From contig NW_024704743.1 in assembly GCF_018977255.1 (NCBI RefSeq), positions 55,988,001 through 56,052,000 on the forward strand: a stretch of DNA of 64,000 bases, in the 5' to 3' direction. Positions 1-13,205 of the stretch are shown one piece after another. Every line of letters begins with the position of its first letter. Positions within the stretch are counted from its first letter, which is position 1. Under the pieces are notes generated by a model. It was not told the DNA's origin. It did no database searches and saw only the letters and a list, made by a program, of their open reading frames with translations. Position numbers and translations under genes: made by a program. This stretch comes from Callorhinchus milii. Taxonomy: Eukaryota.

Positions 1-499
1 CTACAATTCCAGATGCTCAAAGCAATTGACCGTAAAATTGCTTTTTATTTCTATCCATGTAGCTAGTTGTTGCTCACAGCCACCTCCTGTTAAAAAGTTG
101 CTCATTATCAGCTTCCTTTCCTGCCTCCCTCTTCAGTCAAAGAAAAACTTCTGGAACCGATTATAAATGTCTGCTTTTAACTTAATAGACTGATGAGATT
201 TGCACGGGGCTAGGATTCTGGTTGGAAGTATAAGCCCTTTATACTCTGTGGTAGGGTTGCAATCACGTTACAATTATTGCCTATTAAAACGGTAATGCCC
301 ATTGTAAGTATGTCCAATTAGAAAGTACTATTAAACTGTATTTCAGGGCTATATTGAATTCTTGAATGTTATTTTGTCACAAAGTCAGCTCCAGATTTCT
401 ACATACGTGATCCAACCATAGATTGCTAGAGTGTATCTAATCAATATCAATACAACTGTGTTTTAGAATTACCTAGATAAGCAAGCCACCGTGAATCCA

Positions 500-1010
500 G
501 TAAGAAGCCTCCCTCATCAAGTCCAGGCTAGATTATTCCAACGACCAGCTTTGAATGGGCTCCCCAGCACCTCCCTACAAAAGCTGCGGATCATCCAGAA
601 CTCTATAGATTGTGTCCTCTCTTGACCATATCCATAAGCCTATCACCCCCTATCCTCATTCAGCAACACTAGCCATCCCAATGGATCAAATTCAGGATTC
701 TTGTCTTCACATTCAAATCTTTCCATGGCCTCATCCTGGCTTCCTGGAAGCCTATTTGCCTGGAAGCTCCCTCTGCTCAGTGAACACTGAGCTACTTCGT
801 ATCCTCTGCCTGATCAGCCGCAGCATTGCGTGACCTTTGAGCCATTCTGTCCCCGCTCTCTGGAACTCCATTCCCAAATACCTGCCCTCTCCACTTTTAC
901 AACTTGCATTAAAATCTTAAATTTTGACTGTGCTTTTGGTCGTCTTTCCCTCCATCTCTCCCCACCCCACCGTGGAGAGCATCATATAAATGTAAAATTG
1001 TTATTGGTGT
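500..1010 (+). mobile_element. L2 LINE, decayed 3' fragment
   Basis: Remnants of SRLDY..LQKLRIIQNS and LWNS motifs; ends in the L2-type tail ATATAAATGTAAAATTGTT; homologous to 22100-22686. Confidence 0.8.
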
Positions 1011-1011
1011 T

Positions 1012-1320
1012 GTGTCAGTCTGGCTCAGTTGGAAGTTCTCATCTCTGGGTCAGAATGCTGTGAGTTCAGACCCAATGGGTTCACATTCTTGGTTAACACT
1101 GCATTGTGGTTTGTTGAGAGAAGCCCTGCATTGTCAGGTGCCATCCTTTGAATGAGATGCTAATCAGAAGTGCCACCTGCCTGTTAATTTGTATGTTAAA
1201 GTACTCATGGCACTACTTGAAAAGAGAAATGAGTTTTCCCCATTGTCCTGGCCAATATTCCTCCAAAATAAATTGGTCGACTTCCTGACTGTTGTGGGAC
1301 ATTGCTGTGTGCAAACTCGG
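1012..1320 (+). mobile_element. Deu-domain tRNA-derived SINE (SacSINE1-like, family A)
   Basis: A-box-like TGGCTCAGTTGG, B-box-like GTTCAGACC, then core GATGAGATGCTAA..ATGGCACTA..TGTCCTGGCCAA shared with many copies in the window. Confidence 0.8.
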
Positions 1321-1527
1321 CCCAAGGTGGTCAAAAGCAGAGGTTGATTTTGGAAGGGAGTGGGATTAAGGCTAAACTGGGAAACAGGGCCAAAGTCAAT
1401 AAATACTGTACAAAAACAATACAATTGTGATGCTCTTACCAGCTTTTAATGTGCTGATTGCCAGCCACTCCCGTGTGAGATGGTTTCTAAACATCTACTG
1501 TGTTTATACTGTGCATGTGTGGCCTGC

Positions 1528-1553
1528 TGTGTGTATATGTGTGTATGTGTGTG
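1528..1553. repeat. Imperfect (TG)n microsatellite
   Basis: tgtgtgtatatgtgtgtatgtgtgtg. Confidence 0.7.
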
Positions 1554-1857
1554 CACAGAGCAAATTTTAAACTTTGTCTTTAGCTTTCAAGACCTTATTT
1601 GTTCAGTCTGGGTATAAAAAATGGTGATTACACACCTTAATGCAGCAGGTGCAGGTGTTTGTGGGTAACTGGAGATGCCCCTTGTTTAGTCATATGTGTG
1701 GAATGTAGATTACTGGACCCCAATTGTTAGTGACAATTGGAAAAAAAACTGATTTATTGAGAATTACTGGCATAGTCGACTTATTCAGGCATTATAATAA
1801 TCATGCTTGTATTTTATATAGGGTCAATAACTTTGATACATCTTAAAGTGCTTCTTA

Positions 1858-2365
1858 ATAATAATAATATAAAATCCTTGCCTTTGATATAACGCTTATG
1901 GTCTTCAAGATCATAGAATCATAGAATTATACAGCACAGAAGGAGATCATTCAGCCCATTGTGTCCGTGCCGGCCCTTTGAAAGAGTTGTCCAAATTAAT
2001 CCCACTCCCCCGCTCTCTCCCCGATATCTCAAAGCGTTTCACAGAATACACCGTAAAGTGAATTGACTGTATATTTTGTGGGCAAAACGTGACTGCCAAT
2101 TGCACACAGGAGTGTCCACAATCAGTCATGGATTAAGTGACCAAATTCTTATTACTATATTTTGGGGAGAGGGATTATTACCCCCCGAAAGTGATTCATC
2201 AATGACTGGGTACCTACTTACTGCTAGGTAAACAGAGGCATGTGGGGTAAGGAAATTTGCCTTACCCCACATGCCTGCCGGGAATTAATTTTGCCCTGCC
2301 GGGAATCAAACTCAGGTCTCTCGCTTGTGAGGCAAAATGCTCTAACCACTAAGCTACAGGACTCG
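1858..2365 (-). mobile_element. tRNA-SINE family B (long form), interrupted by a CR1 3' tail at 1911-2022
   Basis: Reverse complement shows a tRNA head, the CCTTAC..GCCTCTGTTTACCTAGCAG body and an (ATT)n tail; the inserted piece carries (CATAGAAT)n, the CR1 octamer tail. Confidence 0.85.
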
Positions 2366-2371
2366 AATCTA

Positions 2372-2750
2372 AATAATAGTAATAATAATAAATAATCCTT
2401 GCATTTGATACAGCAACTTTTCAAGTCTTCTAGACATCTCAAAGCGCTTCACAGAACTTACTGTAAAGTGAATTGACTATATTTTGTGAGCAAAATATTG
2501 CGCACAGCAGTGTCCAACAAACAGTCATGGATTGAAGTGACCAAATTCTTCTTATTTTTTTTAAAAAGGAATTATTACCCCCGGAAAAGCAATCCACCAA
2601 TCGATTAACAACTGGGTTCCTATTTATTGCTAGGTAAATAGAGGCGTATGGAGTAAGGAAACTCACCCAATAATTTTTCCTGCTGGGTTTCGAACCCAAG
2701 TCTCCCGTTTTCAAGGCAAGTGCTCTAACCACTGAGCTACAGGATTCCAC
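2372..2750 (-). mobile_element. tRNA-SINE family B, full length (long form)
   Basis: rc GTGGAATCCTGTAGCTCAGTGGTTAGAGCAC..GGTTCGAAACC (A and B boxes) through ..AAATGCAAGGATTATT tail. Confidence 0.9.
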
Positions 2751-3320
2751 ACATTTGCATTTGATTTTGCATTTGCACTTGCATTCCAAACGTAATCCTT
2801 GCATTTAAAATAATGATCCTTGCATTATTCTTGGAAACAAAGAATAAAGCAATGATTATTATAATAATAATAATATTTGTAGATGATTGCTGCAGCCAAT
2901 CTGTACACAAGCAATGATTCACAAATACATATCAAGTCAAAGACCATTTTTTTTATCTGGGAGACTGTTGGCCAGGACAATGGAAATAATGGGAACAATT
3001 TCTTTCTCTTTTCAAATAGTGCCACAGGAACAAGTAGATGGGACTTTGGTTTAATGTCTCATCTGAAGGACAGCATGTTCAATACAGTGCTTCCTGAGCA
3101 GGTTAGCTGGAAAGTGAAAGGCAATCCAATAGCATTTTTGATATCTACATCAGTGATGATTGAGTAACCCACTTCCTTGTCGTTTAAACAAAATTCAGTA
3201 ATGAGAAAATAGAAATCTAGACTTATAAGTACATAAGAACGTAAGAATTTGGATAGAAATGGATAACTGACTCATACTCCTTTATGCTCTAATCATTCCT
3301 TTCCTAAATACTCTCTGGAA

Positions 3321-3370
3321 CAACAACAAATTATATTCATAGAGTGCCTTTCACATTGGGAGTACATCCC
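3321..3370 (-). mobile_element. Extremely 5'-truncated L2 tail with 14-bp target-site duplication
   Basis: AATACTCTCTGGAA at 3307-3320 and 3371-3384 flanks rc L2 stem-loop plus (GTT)n. Confidence 0.85.
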
Positions 3371-3604
3371 AATACTCTCTGGAAGTTTTAAAATAGTTTT
3401 TATAAGCTTACACAAGAACACAATACACCTGGAGTATGTGCCACACTCTGTAAATCTCTTTAGAAAACAGCATCAAGCATTTTTTTCAATTGATCAGAGA
3501 GGCATCCAGTCAAAACTCCAGCCACCTGGTGCTTGTTGAGAAAGATAAACGAGTTTCTCTAATGTTCTCCGAAGTTCTGGCCAACTATTCTCCAGATTAA
3601 TTAC

Positions 3605-3970
3605 AATCACACAATCTAAACTGACACTCCAGTGTGGTTCTGGGGTTGTGTGGCATTGTCGGAGGTGCTGCCCTTCGGATGAGATGTTAAACCGAGGTCC
3701 CATCTGCCAGTTCAGGTGGACATTAAAGATCCCATGACACGATTCAAAAAGAGAAGGCATTTCTCCCGGTGTCCTGGCCAACAATCCCTCAAACGAAATT
3801 GGTCACTCACTTCATGGCTGTTTGTGAGACATTACTGTGAGCAATTGGCTGCTGCGTTTTGCCCACAAAATACACAGACAATCCACTTTACAGCATATAC
3901 TCTGAAGTGCTTTGAGACCTCTTGACAACGTGATAAGTCACTGTATCAAATGCAAGGATTATTATTATTA
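3605..3970 (+). mobile_element. Deu-SINE family A, 5'-truncated
   Basis: CTGACACTCCAGTG..GGATGAGATGTTAAACCGAGG..CAGGTGGACATTAAAGATCCCATG..AAATGCAAGGATTATT. Confidence 0.9.
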
Positions 3971-4794
3971 ATTGGTCATTCACCACATAGCAACTTGTGT
4001 TACCAGTGCAAATGGTTGTAATGTGTGCCTGCAAATAATGTACCACTACAGCATTACAGCAATTGCTTTGGAGTGCATTTTGACATGATAAGGCATGATA
4101 AACAATGCATTTTTTTGCATACTCTGGGACAGAGAGGGTGAATGGATGACTGAATTAGCACTCGATTATATCACCATATTTATAATACCTCTATTGTTTT
4201 ACAATGGTTCAGTTGCCCGAAATTGATTAAAATAGTAAATAGAAATGACACCAAATTTTAAAGCAAAAACTTGCTTTCTTCAAAATTATGTTGCCCTTTT
4301 TGTTTACTTATGAACTTAACCATTTGTATCAGATACTTGCCTTCAGCTTTGATGTTGATGGTTGATGCATAGAATAATGGAAGGTTAAGAGAACAAAAGC
4401 TTTATTTTATTTGAAGGGGTTCAGTCCTTGTCATAAACCAAGAGGGGTCAACAAAAGTGGTTTATGGGTGTAATGTGAACCCAGAGATTGAATTACAACC
4501 TTGCAACTCATTCTCAACCATCTGTTATTTATTATAATACAGCCTGAAACTGATAACAATAATCCTTGGATTTGATTTAGGGCCGAAAATATTAAAAACA
4601 TCTCAAAACACTTCACAAAGTCTCTCTAAAGTGTAGTGACTGAGTATTTGAGGTAAAGGCAGTTAGAAAGAATTGATAAATAAAGGTGAAAGCAGAAAAA
4701 AAGAATGAATTTACTGTGTGTTGGATGGCTCATCATACAAGAGTCTATTCTAGTCTCATTCTTGAAGAGAATGGTTTACTGTAAATATAGAGTG

Positions 4795-5070
4795 ATAACA
4801 ATAGCAATAACAAATTTAATTTATATAGTGTCTTTCACATTGGGAGGATGTCCGAAGGCGCTGGACAGTGAAGGATTTGTACTGGAGCTGATAGTTAGAG
4901 TTAAGAGGGGCGGAGGTGGGAGGATGACCAATGGCATGGTCAAAGAGGAAGGTCTTGAGATGGGCCTTGAAAGAGGCAAGGGAGGAGGCGGGACGGAGGA
5001 CTTACAGGCTGGAGTTCCAGAAGATGGCGGCAGAAAGGATGTAGGCCCAACCGCTGAATGAAGGGAGTAG
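4795..5070 (-). mobile_element. L2 3' end
   Basis: rc encodes LWNS..FKAHLKTFLFDHA, followed by L2 stem-loop and tail. Confidence 0.85.
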
Positions 5071-5280
5071 ACAGGTTGGAAACAGATTGATGCACGGTTC
5101 TACAGAATTGTAATAGCAAATGAGAATATGAAAATATTTTAAAAGATAAGTGGGTTTAAATATAATGACATACCTCAGACATATCCAAAGGCAAGACTTT
5201 TCTTATACTTCAAGAGGTTGTGAAATATTGAAAAACCGTTTCCCTTCCATATATTTTTATGGTTTTTACACAAGGAAATG

Positions 5281-5640
5281 AGTCAGCCTGTCTCAGTTGG
5301 AAGCATAATTGCCTCCGAATCAGAAGATTGTACATTCAAAGCCCCATGTCAGGACGCATATTCTAGACTGATACCCAATTATCTGTAAAAGGTGAAGTCT
5401 TTTGGATAAAATGTTAAACTGAGATCCTGACTGTCTGTCAGGTGGATGTTAAAGATTCCTGTTTGAAAAGTGAAGGGAGATGCTCTTGGTATCTTGGCCA
5501 ACAATGTTACGGATAAAATTGATTATTCACTTGATGGTTTATTGTGGGACATTGCCGTGTGCAAAACTGGCCGTTTGCCTACAAATATTCACTGCACTCT
5601 ACAATAAACCTTGTGATCAGGTTTGAAGGACTTTATGAAT
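5281..5640 (+). mobile_element. Deu-SINE family A
   Basis: GTCAGCCTGTCTCAGTTGG head plus degenerate Deu core. Confidence 0.8.
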
Positions 5641-5879
5641 ATAGCTTTAACTTTTTGGGGGGTGAGGAGTGTGTTCCACAAATCTACTTCTCTGTGTATG
5701 CAAAACCCATTTCTTGTTATAACTTCAAGTTTTAAATTATAAAACTTAATTATTCCTGAGTTTATGGTACAAGACAAAGAGCCCATTTCCAGTTACATCA
5801 GTTGCACCTCTCATTATTTTAAAGGTCGGTAACATGTTTTCTGTCAATCCTTTTCATTCTAATGATACTATTGATACTA

Positions 5880-6810
5880 TTAGATGATATTAAGCTAAGA
5901 AAAGTAGTAAACAGTGAGGAGGATAGTAGCAGACTGCAAATGGACATAGACAGACTGGTAAAATGGGCAGTCAGATGAAGTTGTCAGATTAAGTTTAATG
6001 TGGAGAAATGCAAAGTGATGGATTTTGGGAGGAAAAATGAGGAGAGGCAATACAAGCTGGATTGCACAATCTTAAGGGGGTGAAGGAACAGAGAGACCCG
6101 GGGGTTCATATAAGTAAATCTTTGAAGGTGGCGGGATCGGTAGATAAAGCTGTTAAAAAAGCGTACGGCTTACTAGGCTTTATAAATAGGGGCATAGAAT
6201 ACAAAAATCAGGAAGTTATAACGAATCTTTATACAACACTGTTTCAGCCTCAGCGAGAGTACTGTGTTCTGGGCACCACACTTCAGTAAGGATGTCAAGA
6301 CGTTGGATAGGGTGCAAAGGAGATTACCAGGATGATACCAGGAATGAGGAATTTCAGTTATCAGGAGAGGCGAGAGAAGCTAGGATTATTCTCCTTGAAG
6401 CAGAGAAGGATAAGAGGAGATTTAATAGAAGTTTTCAAAATTATGAGGGGATTCGATAGGATGAACAAGGAAAAACTATTTCCACTGGCGGGTGGGTCAG
6501 TAACCTGAGGGCACCAATTTAAAATAGATGTTAAAAGAAACAGAGCGGAGGTGAGGAGAAATTTTTTCACACAGTGAGTTGTTCGGATCTGGAATGCATT
6601 GCCTGAAAGAGTCGTGGAAGCTGATTCGATAACAACTTTCAAGAATGAAGTAGATAACCATTTAGGGAGGACAAGTTTGCAGGGCTATGGGGAGAGAGCA
6701 GGAGAGTGTGATTGATTTGGATAGCTCTTTACAAAGAGCCGGCACAGACCCGCTGGACTGAATGGCCTCATTCTGTGCTGTATGATTCTATGATTCTATC
6801 ATTCTATGTA
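5880..6810 (+). mobile_element. CR1 LINE, 3' ~0.9 kb (RT C-terminus and 3'UTR)
   Basis: DDxKL, FNVEKCKV, GFINRGIEYK, GLFSL, WNALPE motifs; (ATTCTATG)n tail. Confidence 0.95.
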
Positions 6811-7556
6811 ATGACGCTTTGTGAGCTTCTCCTCATAGCTCAGAGCTCCAGATTCTAAACTCATCTCCTTCTTTCTTCCCTGAATCCTTTTCAATATCTC
6901 AATATTCTGTTGAAGGAAATGTGGCCTAAATAACATACACTATTCCCAATGTGGCATCTATACACGATTAGTGTCGTATCATTTGACTTACAGGGATTGA
7001 TTGTTCAGCAATTTAGAGGTACAAATAGCAACTCTTGCCAGCAACTGGAAATACAAATTATCACCAGCGTCGACTTACTTTTATATTATGCCCTTCACAT
7101 GAGTAGCAACTTGGAGTGTGAATTTGGCCCATGGGAGAAACTCCCTTCACTTTTCCCTGGAGTTGTAAATGACAATTTAACTTTTTTCTTTGGAACTCTC
7201 TCCCTCAATCCCTTCATCTTGCTGCCTGCTTCCCTTCTTTCAGATCACAACTGAAGACCTTCCTCTTCCACCATGATTATGGTCACCTCCTCCCTCCCCC
7301 CCGGCTCAGTGTCAGGGTCAGCCACTGTTAAGCGCTCCTAGGTGTTGCCTTACATGGAGGGTGCCATATAAATGCAAGTTGTTGTTGATACATCCTAAAG
7401 TAACGATCATGATTCACTTTTTCAATCGCATTTAATATTTTTTACACCTCTATGAGGTCCTATTTGAATCATCTTCTCTCAAGTGTGAAGAGCCCTAGCT
7501 TGTCTAGTCATTGATCATAGCTCATACCTCTAACACTGATCAGATAGAGAGAAGAG

Positions 7557-7741
7557 GAATATGAACATATTCAAGACTGAGATAGATATATTTCTTATTG
7601 CAAAAGGGATTCAGGGATATGGGGATAAGGCAGGGTCAGGTTATTAGCTGGAGTTAGATTAGAAGATCAGCCATGATTGAATGGCGGGGCAGGCTCGAAG
7701 GGCCGAATGGCCACTCCTGCCCTACATGTTATGTTATGTTA
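7557..7741 (+). mobile_element. CR1 3' end, (ATGTT)n subfamily
   Basis: GGCTCGAAGGGCCGAATGGCC 3' motif; close reverse-complement match to 40590-40770. Confidence 0.9.
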
Positions 7742-9429
7742 TTTGATATCAAGGGAGGAGCTGAAATGGCCCAAGTGATTTTTGTACAGTATCTTAAACT
7801 GTGGGAGATGTGAGGTGCACTGAATAATCTTTCCTTGTTTCACTTACATTGTATAATTTTAATATTTAATGAAGCCAATTCAAACATTATAATGCAATAC
7901 ATACACATGATTGTTTTACATGATTAACCATGAGATTCTACACTTTGACTAGGATACATTTTCAGTCATCGAGCTTATTTCACAACCAATTCATTTGAGC
8001 TGCCTGTTCTGCTTTGATAATTCTAAATTTCTGTTCATTATTTCCAGTATTATGCAGAAATAAATGATCTCATGCTTTTTTTGCATCGCACTTAATTTTC
8101 ACATATGTTCTCACTAATGATATATTCATAGTTTGAATAGGTCGCAATAACGTCCTTAAACTTACAGCCTAATGTGTTTGACAACACCACAGGATACTCT
8201 CAGAGACAGTGCTTAAGTAAGCTAAATGAGACAATCGTGTTGCCAGCTATAGTGGTTATTAGTACATCTCATGTGGCTATTCATCCCAACAAGATGCAAA
8301 ATCATCTGACACAGTTAGCTAAGTAGTTTACATGGGATGTGCTGGCCTCTACATTTGTTGGTTAGGGATGAGTTGAACGATTAGCTTCTGGCTTCAGCAT
8401 TTTGAGTTCTGAGAAGGTCTTTGGTTTTAAAAATAAAGTCCCATGCAGTTGTTTCTATGTTGTTGCTGCTGCTTGAATTCCACTTTCCAAAGTAAACAAG
8501 GCGGATTCTAGGCATGAGTAGCCTTTACCTATTTGAAAAGGGGTTCAATTCAAACTTGTCCTCAAGTGTTCAATAGGCTAAATGCAGTATTAGAGGTGCA
8601 TTAATATTGAAAGATTAATAAGCATTGTACAATTATTTGTTTCCTCCAAAGGGAGCTTCTCCCAGTATCCTAGCAAACAATCCATTAAATAAAATTGGTC
8701 ATTCATTTCATTTCATGGTTGTTTGTGGGACATTGCTGTGCACAAATTGATGTGTTTGCCTATAGGGTACACAGTCTTAACATCTCAGATTATCCTGTGA
8801 AAGATCTTGAAAGTTGTGTGAAAGATTTTTTAAAAATAATATTCACACAATCCCTAAACCCTAATGCAGCTCCATTACCTTATCCCAAGGCCACTGCATC
8901 ACCTCAAAGGTCACTGTTATCACAAGACAAGCAGTCTTTGGAATAAGCAATACTACTTTTACAATCAGCTATAGTCACCTCAGTCGTGATTGCTCAACAA
9001 AGTGTTTGATTTGAGCTGCTTATGAGAGGTTCTCATTTCCTCTTTGGACGATTGTTTGAGCACTTTATCCACTGCTGCCTCGACTCCCTTTTCTCCTTTC
9101 ATACATTCTTCTAAGTCAAATTAACAAGGTTTCTGTTTCAAATGAAATGTATGTGTTCAATTAAGTCGGATTGAATTTTAAATGGTGCAGTAATCCATTA
9201 GGCTCACAGTTCTCAGTTTACCCATTGCAATTTTCCAATTAAACTTTTCTACTAAAGCCCCTATTAAACTTTTAAAAAATTGGGAGTCGAAGTGGCCCAG
9301 ATACCATGGATCCCATCTGCTCCACTTATTTAATCATTTACTATGCTCCCATAAAGTTTGCTGTCTCAACTCCCTGTTGTCCACCCAGATATTAGACTAT
9401 GTTTCCTACCCCCCTCCACTCCTTTTTTT

Positions 9430-10275
9430 AACTCACATATTCTTGGCTGACATTCCAGAACATTGCTGGGGATGTGCTGAATTGTCAGAGGTACTGTCCT
9501 CTGGATGAAACATTAAAACGAGGCTCTGTGTATCTGTTCAGGTGGACATTAAAGATCCCATTGCATTATTGAAAAGGGAAATCTACTTTTCCTCCTTTAG
9601 CTGTGAACTCAGGTCCACTGATGTGTCTGGCTTGTCAGACTTCAGGATGAGTGCAGCTGAACATGGCCAAGACAGAAGCCACTGGCTCCCTGTTGCAGAA
9701 TGGATCAATTTTGAGGTCCTCACACTAACTTACAAATTACTTCATGCCTTGGCACCTCCCTACCTCTCCGCCTTCCACTCCTCTACCTGCCCATTTCAGC
9801 CAGCCAGCTCAGGCCATCTTCGCATCCCTGGACCCCTCCGCTTCATCATCAGCAGCCATGTTTTCATCCTCTACACCCTGAACCTCTGGAACTCCCTGCC
9901 TCAATCCCTTCACCTCAGCCCCTCTTTTGCTCACCTTCAGATCACATCTAAGACTTTCCTCTTCAAGCGTGCCTATGGTCACCTCTCCTTTCTCTTGTCA
10001 AGCTATGCCATTGTTCAGCAGTTGTGTTGCTACCCCTCATGAAGGCAAGATAAAGGCAAGCTTTTTGGTAGTGTTGTTATTGGGAAAGGAATTTCTTCTC
10101 CCAGTGACTTGCCCAACATGGCTATTTAATTGGGGAATATTCTTGTGCGTAAAAGGCTGCCATGTTTGCCTACAAAATATATAGTCAATTCACTTGATGG
10201 TATATTCTGTGAAGTGCTTTGAGATGTATCAAGACATGATAAGGTGCTATATCAAATGTAATTATTATTATTATC
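9430..10275 (+). mobile_element. Deu-SINE family A split by an L2 3' fragment (~9680-10080)
   Basis: Deu core stops at ~9575 and resumes at ~10090; the insert encodes HWLPVAEWINFEVLTLTYK..LWNSLP. Confidence 0.8.
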
Positions 10276-12469
10276 CTCCTGTGAAAGGTGTTATAAAAAT
10301 GTCAAATTATTATTATTATCTTCTTTGGACCATCTTGTTGTTATCTCGATTTTATGGAATCACTGCTTGTTCATGTTAAGAGTTCATGGGGAAAATAAGA
10401 GATGACTTGCTGCTTCCATCTTGTAATCAATAGGCTCCATTGAGAGGAAATAAAGATGCTCTTGCATGAGGCACCAGTTAAAGCTTAGCTTTGATAAGAA
10501 ACACCAAGTTGTGTGCAGGGTAAGAAAACACATCAAAATCATTTTAGTTGCTGAACTAAAAGGTTTCTTTCCTTTTTTGACATTGTTTTACTTGCCGAAC
10601 CAAAATATTTATGTTGTTTGGGGGTCATTATCTTTTGTCTGTGGAATCAAAGTACACCGACACAAGCCCATAAGTTTCTGTTGTCTCAGCCAGCCTCAAA
10701 GTTGTTGTTCCGAACATGGAGCTAGGGTCAATGAGGAGACTGGATCAGGACAAAATAGCCAACGCGGTCCATCGGGATTAATAAATCTTTGCTTCTATTC
10801 TTTGGAATCCCAGTAAACTGATTCAGAGAATATCCGTGGTAGCTTTCCATATTGTACTATTAAAGTGGAGCTAGTGCAAGTTTCAGACTCACAAACTGTT
10901 TCACTCTCACACTCATCATTGTTGCACCCCCCAAATCTGATAGCTGTCCAGTGGTGGTGATTGGCATTTGAGTGTAAGTAAAACAGGCTGTGTGTGTGTG
11001 TGTTGGGTGGGTGGGCTGTTACTGAACCAGGTGATAGATAAGGACCAGGACTGAATTTTCAATGATTCCTAATTTATTCAATCATGATAGTTATCACTTT
11101 GAAAATATTATTAAATACCATGAATTTCACCCTATAAACCTTTGGTTTATTTGTCAATTGAGGCAAATGCATTCCATCTCCAGGTAGATTGGCATTTGTT
11201 TTGAACTTGCTCCCTGAACCACTGATGCAATGGACACTCACTTTAAATCTCCACTGCTTTACTTCTTGCACAAGAAAGATCTTTAGATGGTTCTGTCATC
11301 CGCGTTTTGATTCCCTTCCCTCTTCTCCCTAGATGCGTCAGTTCCCTCTTGACTCAGTCTAACAATACAAGCTGTATTTGAGATTAACAGTACACAAATC
11401 ATACAAATCTCCCGCACTATTCACAAAGGTAGAGGTATCTTCCTGCTTCCTGCTCCTAATTACTATTGTTTTTAGAAGGTTGTGTTCTTCCTGTATAACA
11501 CCCTATTTACCAGCGTTGCTATGTGGAACAGTCAAGGATTGTGCTCAGTGCGATTTAGGTATGAGGAATGTCTTTTTTACCCCCCCGAGGCTCTATGATT
11601 TCCCCTCACTGTTGTTACCAGCCCCTAAGCCACATGCCATTCACTTCTGGAAACCAGGGCTCAGAGGGATTACAAGAACTAATGATGGAGGTTTCCTGTC
11701 ACTGATGATTGGTGAGGCTTATGAGTGAAATGAGCCTCAGTTCAGCATCTTAAGGTCATGAATCTCCCAACAAAAATCTTGTGCCAATATACCAGTACAC
11801 AGTGATAGATATTGCTTCCCCGTCAATCTAAGGCTTGAAATTCCATCTAGTTGGAGCCTGTGAGACCATTTTGTCAAATGCAAGTATTATTATTTTTTAA
11901 ATAAAAAAGTTGTCTCACTCTCCATGGCTTGCATCTACCTCTAGACAGCTTCCTTCATTCATTTAAAAGGTTATTAGGCTCCTAGAAACATGTCTTTCTT
12001 TTGTGCAATTGATTGCACTTTCGCCACTGGGTTAAAGATTGGTGGTTTAAATCCTGTATTGGCACTTGAGCTCCCAGCCTAACATGACACAGTAATGCAG
12101 GAACATTGTGATTTTCGGCTGATGATCTTATTTTAGATGATATCATCTCTCTGTTTTTCAAGTAGATACCAATAACGGCCATGCTATCTTATTGCTATCA
12201 ATAAAATAAAGACAAGACAGTTGTGATAGAGGGACAGAGAAAAGTTCAGGAGTAGTCGTGGGAGCAAGATGATCTCTCAGATAGCAAACCTTTTCTTGTA
12301 TGCTGTGTAGGTGTGTGAGAGAGGTGCTAAAATATTCTCCCTAGAGATGGGGCAGTATTCTTGGACAGAGAGCTATTCTTAAAGGACAATGTAAGAATGA
12401 TTTTAGGTTCAGAAAATAATATGTGAATATTCTTGTCTATATTTGGGTTGATGGAAGTAACCCCAGATA

Positions 12470-13205
12470 TCATACTGAAGCCATACAGTGTTCTGGTCCG
12501 GCCACACCTAGAGTGCTGCTTACAGTTCTCAGCACTGCGACATAAGGATGGGTGGGAGGTGCCCAGGCCCGAGAAGCATTGCAGAGGAGAGCAACGATGT
12601 TGATTCCCCAGTGTTAAAGGAATGAGCAGTGAGCAAGCAACAACAACACCTTACATTTATGGAGCGCCCCTTACGCAGAGTAGCATCCAAGAGCGCTTGA
12701 CACTGGTGGAGCACAATGCCAAGCCGGGGGGTGGGGGAGGTGACCGTAGGCACGGTGGAAGAGGAAGCTCTTCAGGCACGACCTGAAGATGGAGAAGGAA
12801 GAGGCAAGCTGGAGGGATAGAGGAAGAGTGTTCCAGCTAGGGCTCTTCCATCTTGAAAGGAGATGTCATATAAGGGACTTCCTGGACCTCATAAAATAAA
12901 ATATAAAATTTTAAATGGAATTTAAAATGTAAAACCAGTACAAATCTTTAGGTTGCACCAAGATAGTAGAACAAGAAGATGTAGGTTTAAATTCACAAAG
13001 GGGAATTGTAGGAAATACATCAGGAAGTTAAACCAAAGGATAATTAATGGCTGGAACAGGTTGTTGGGAAGGGTGGTGGATGCCAGGATACTGGACTCAT
13101 TTAAAAATCAACTTGATGTTATGATGGGTAGATGATAGGGAGAGCGTGCTGGAGGTATTCGATCAAATGTGCCCTCTTCATCCTAACTAATCATGTGATC
13201 TTGTG
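12470..13205 (+). mobile_element. Old CR1 3' fragment interrupted by minus-strand L2 tail (12638-12838)
   Basis: LVRPHLE..QF and INGWNRL..DSFKNQLD remnants; rc L2 tail with (GTT)n. Confidence 0.75.

Noticed and set aside
185..230. CTGATGA as hammerhead core (also at ~28424 and ~63255)
   Set aside because: No stem II followed by GAAA.
10433..10519. Plus-strand coding exon ending CAGG|GTAAGA
   Set aside because: Stops in all three frames and a weak acceptor.
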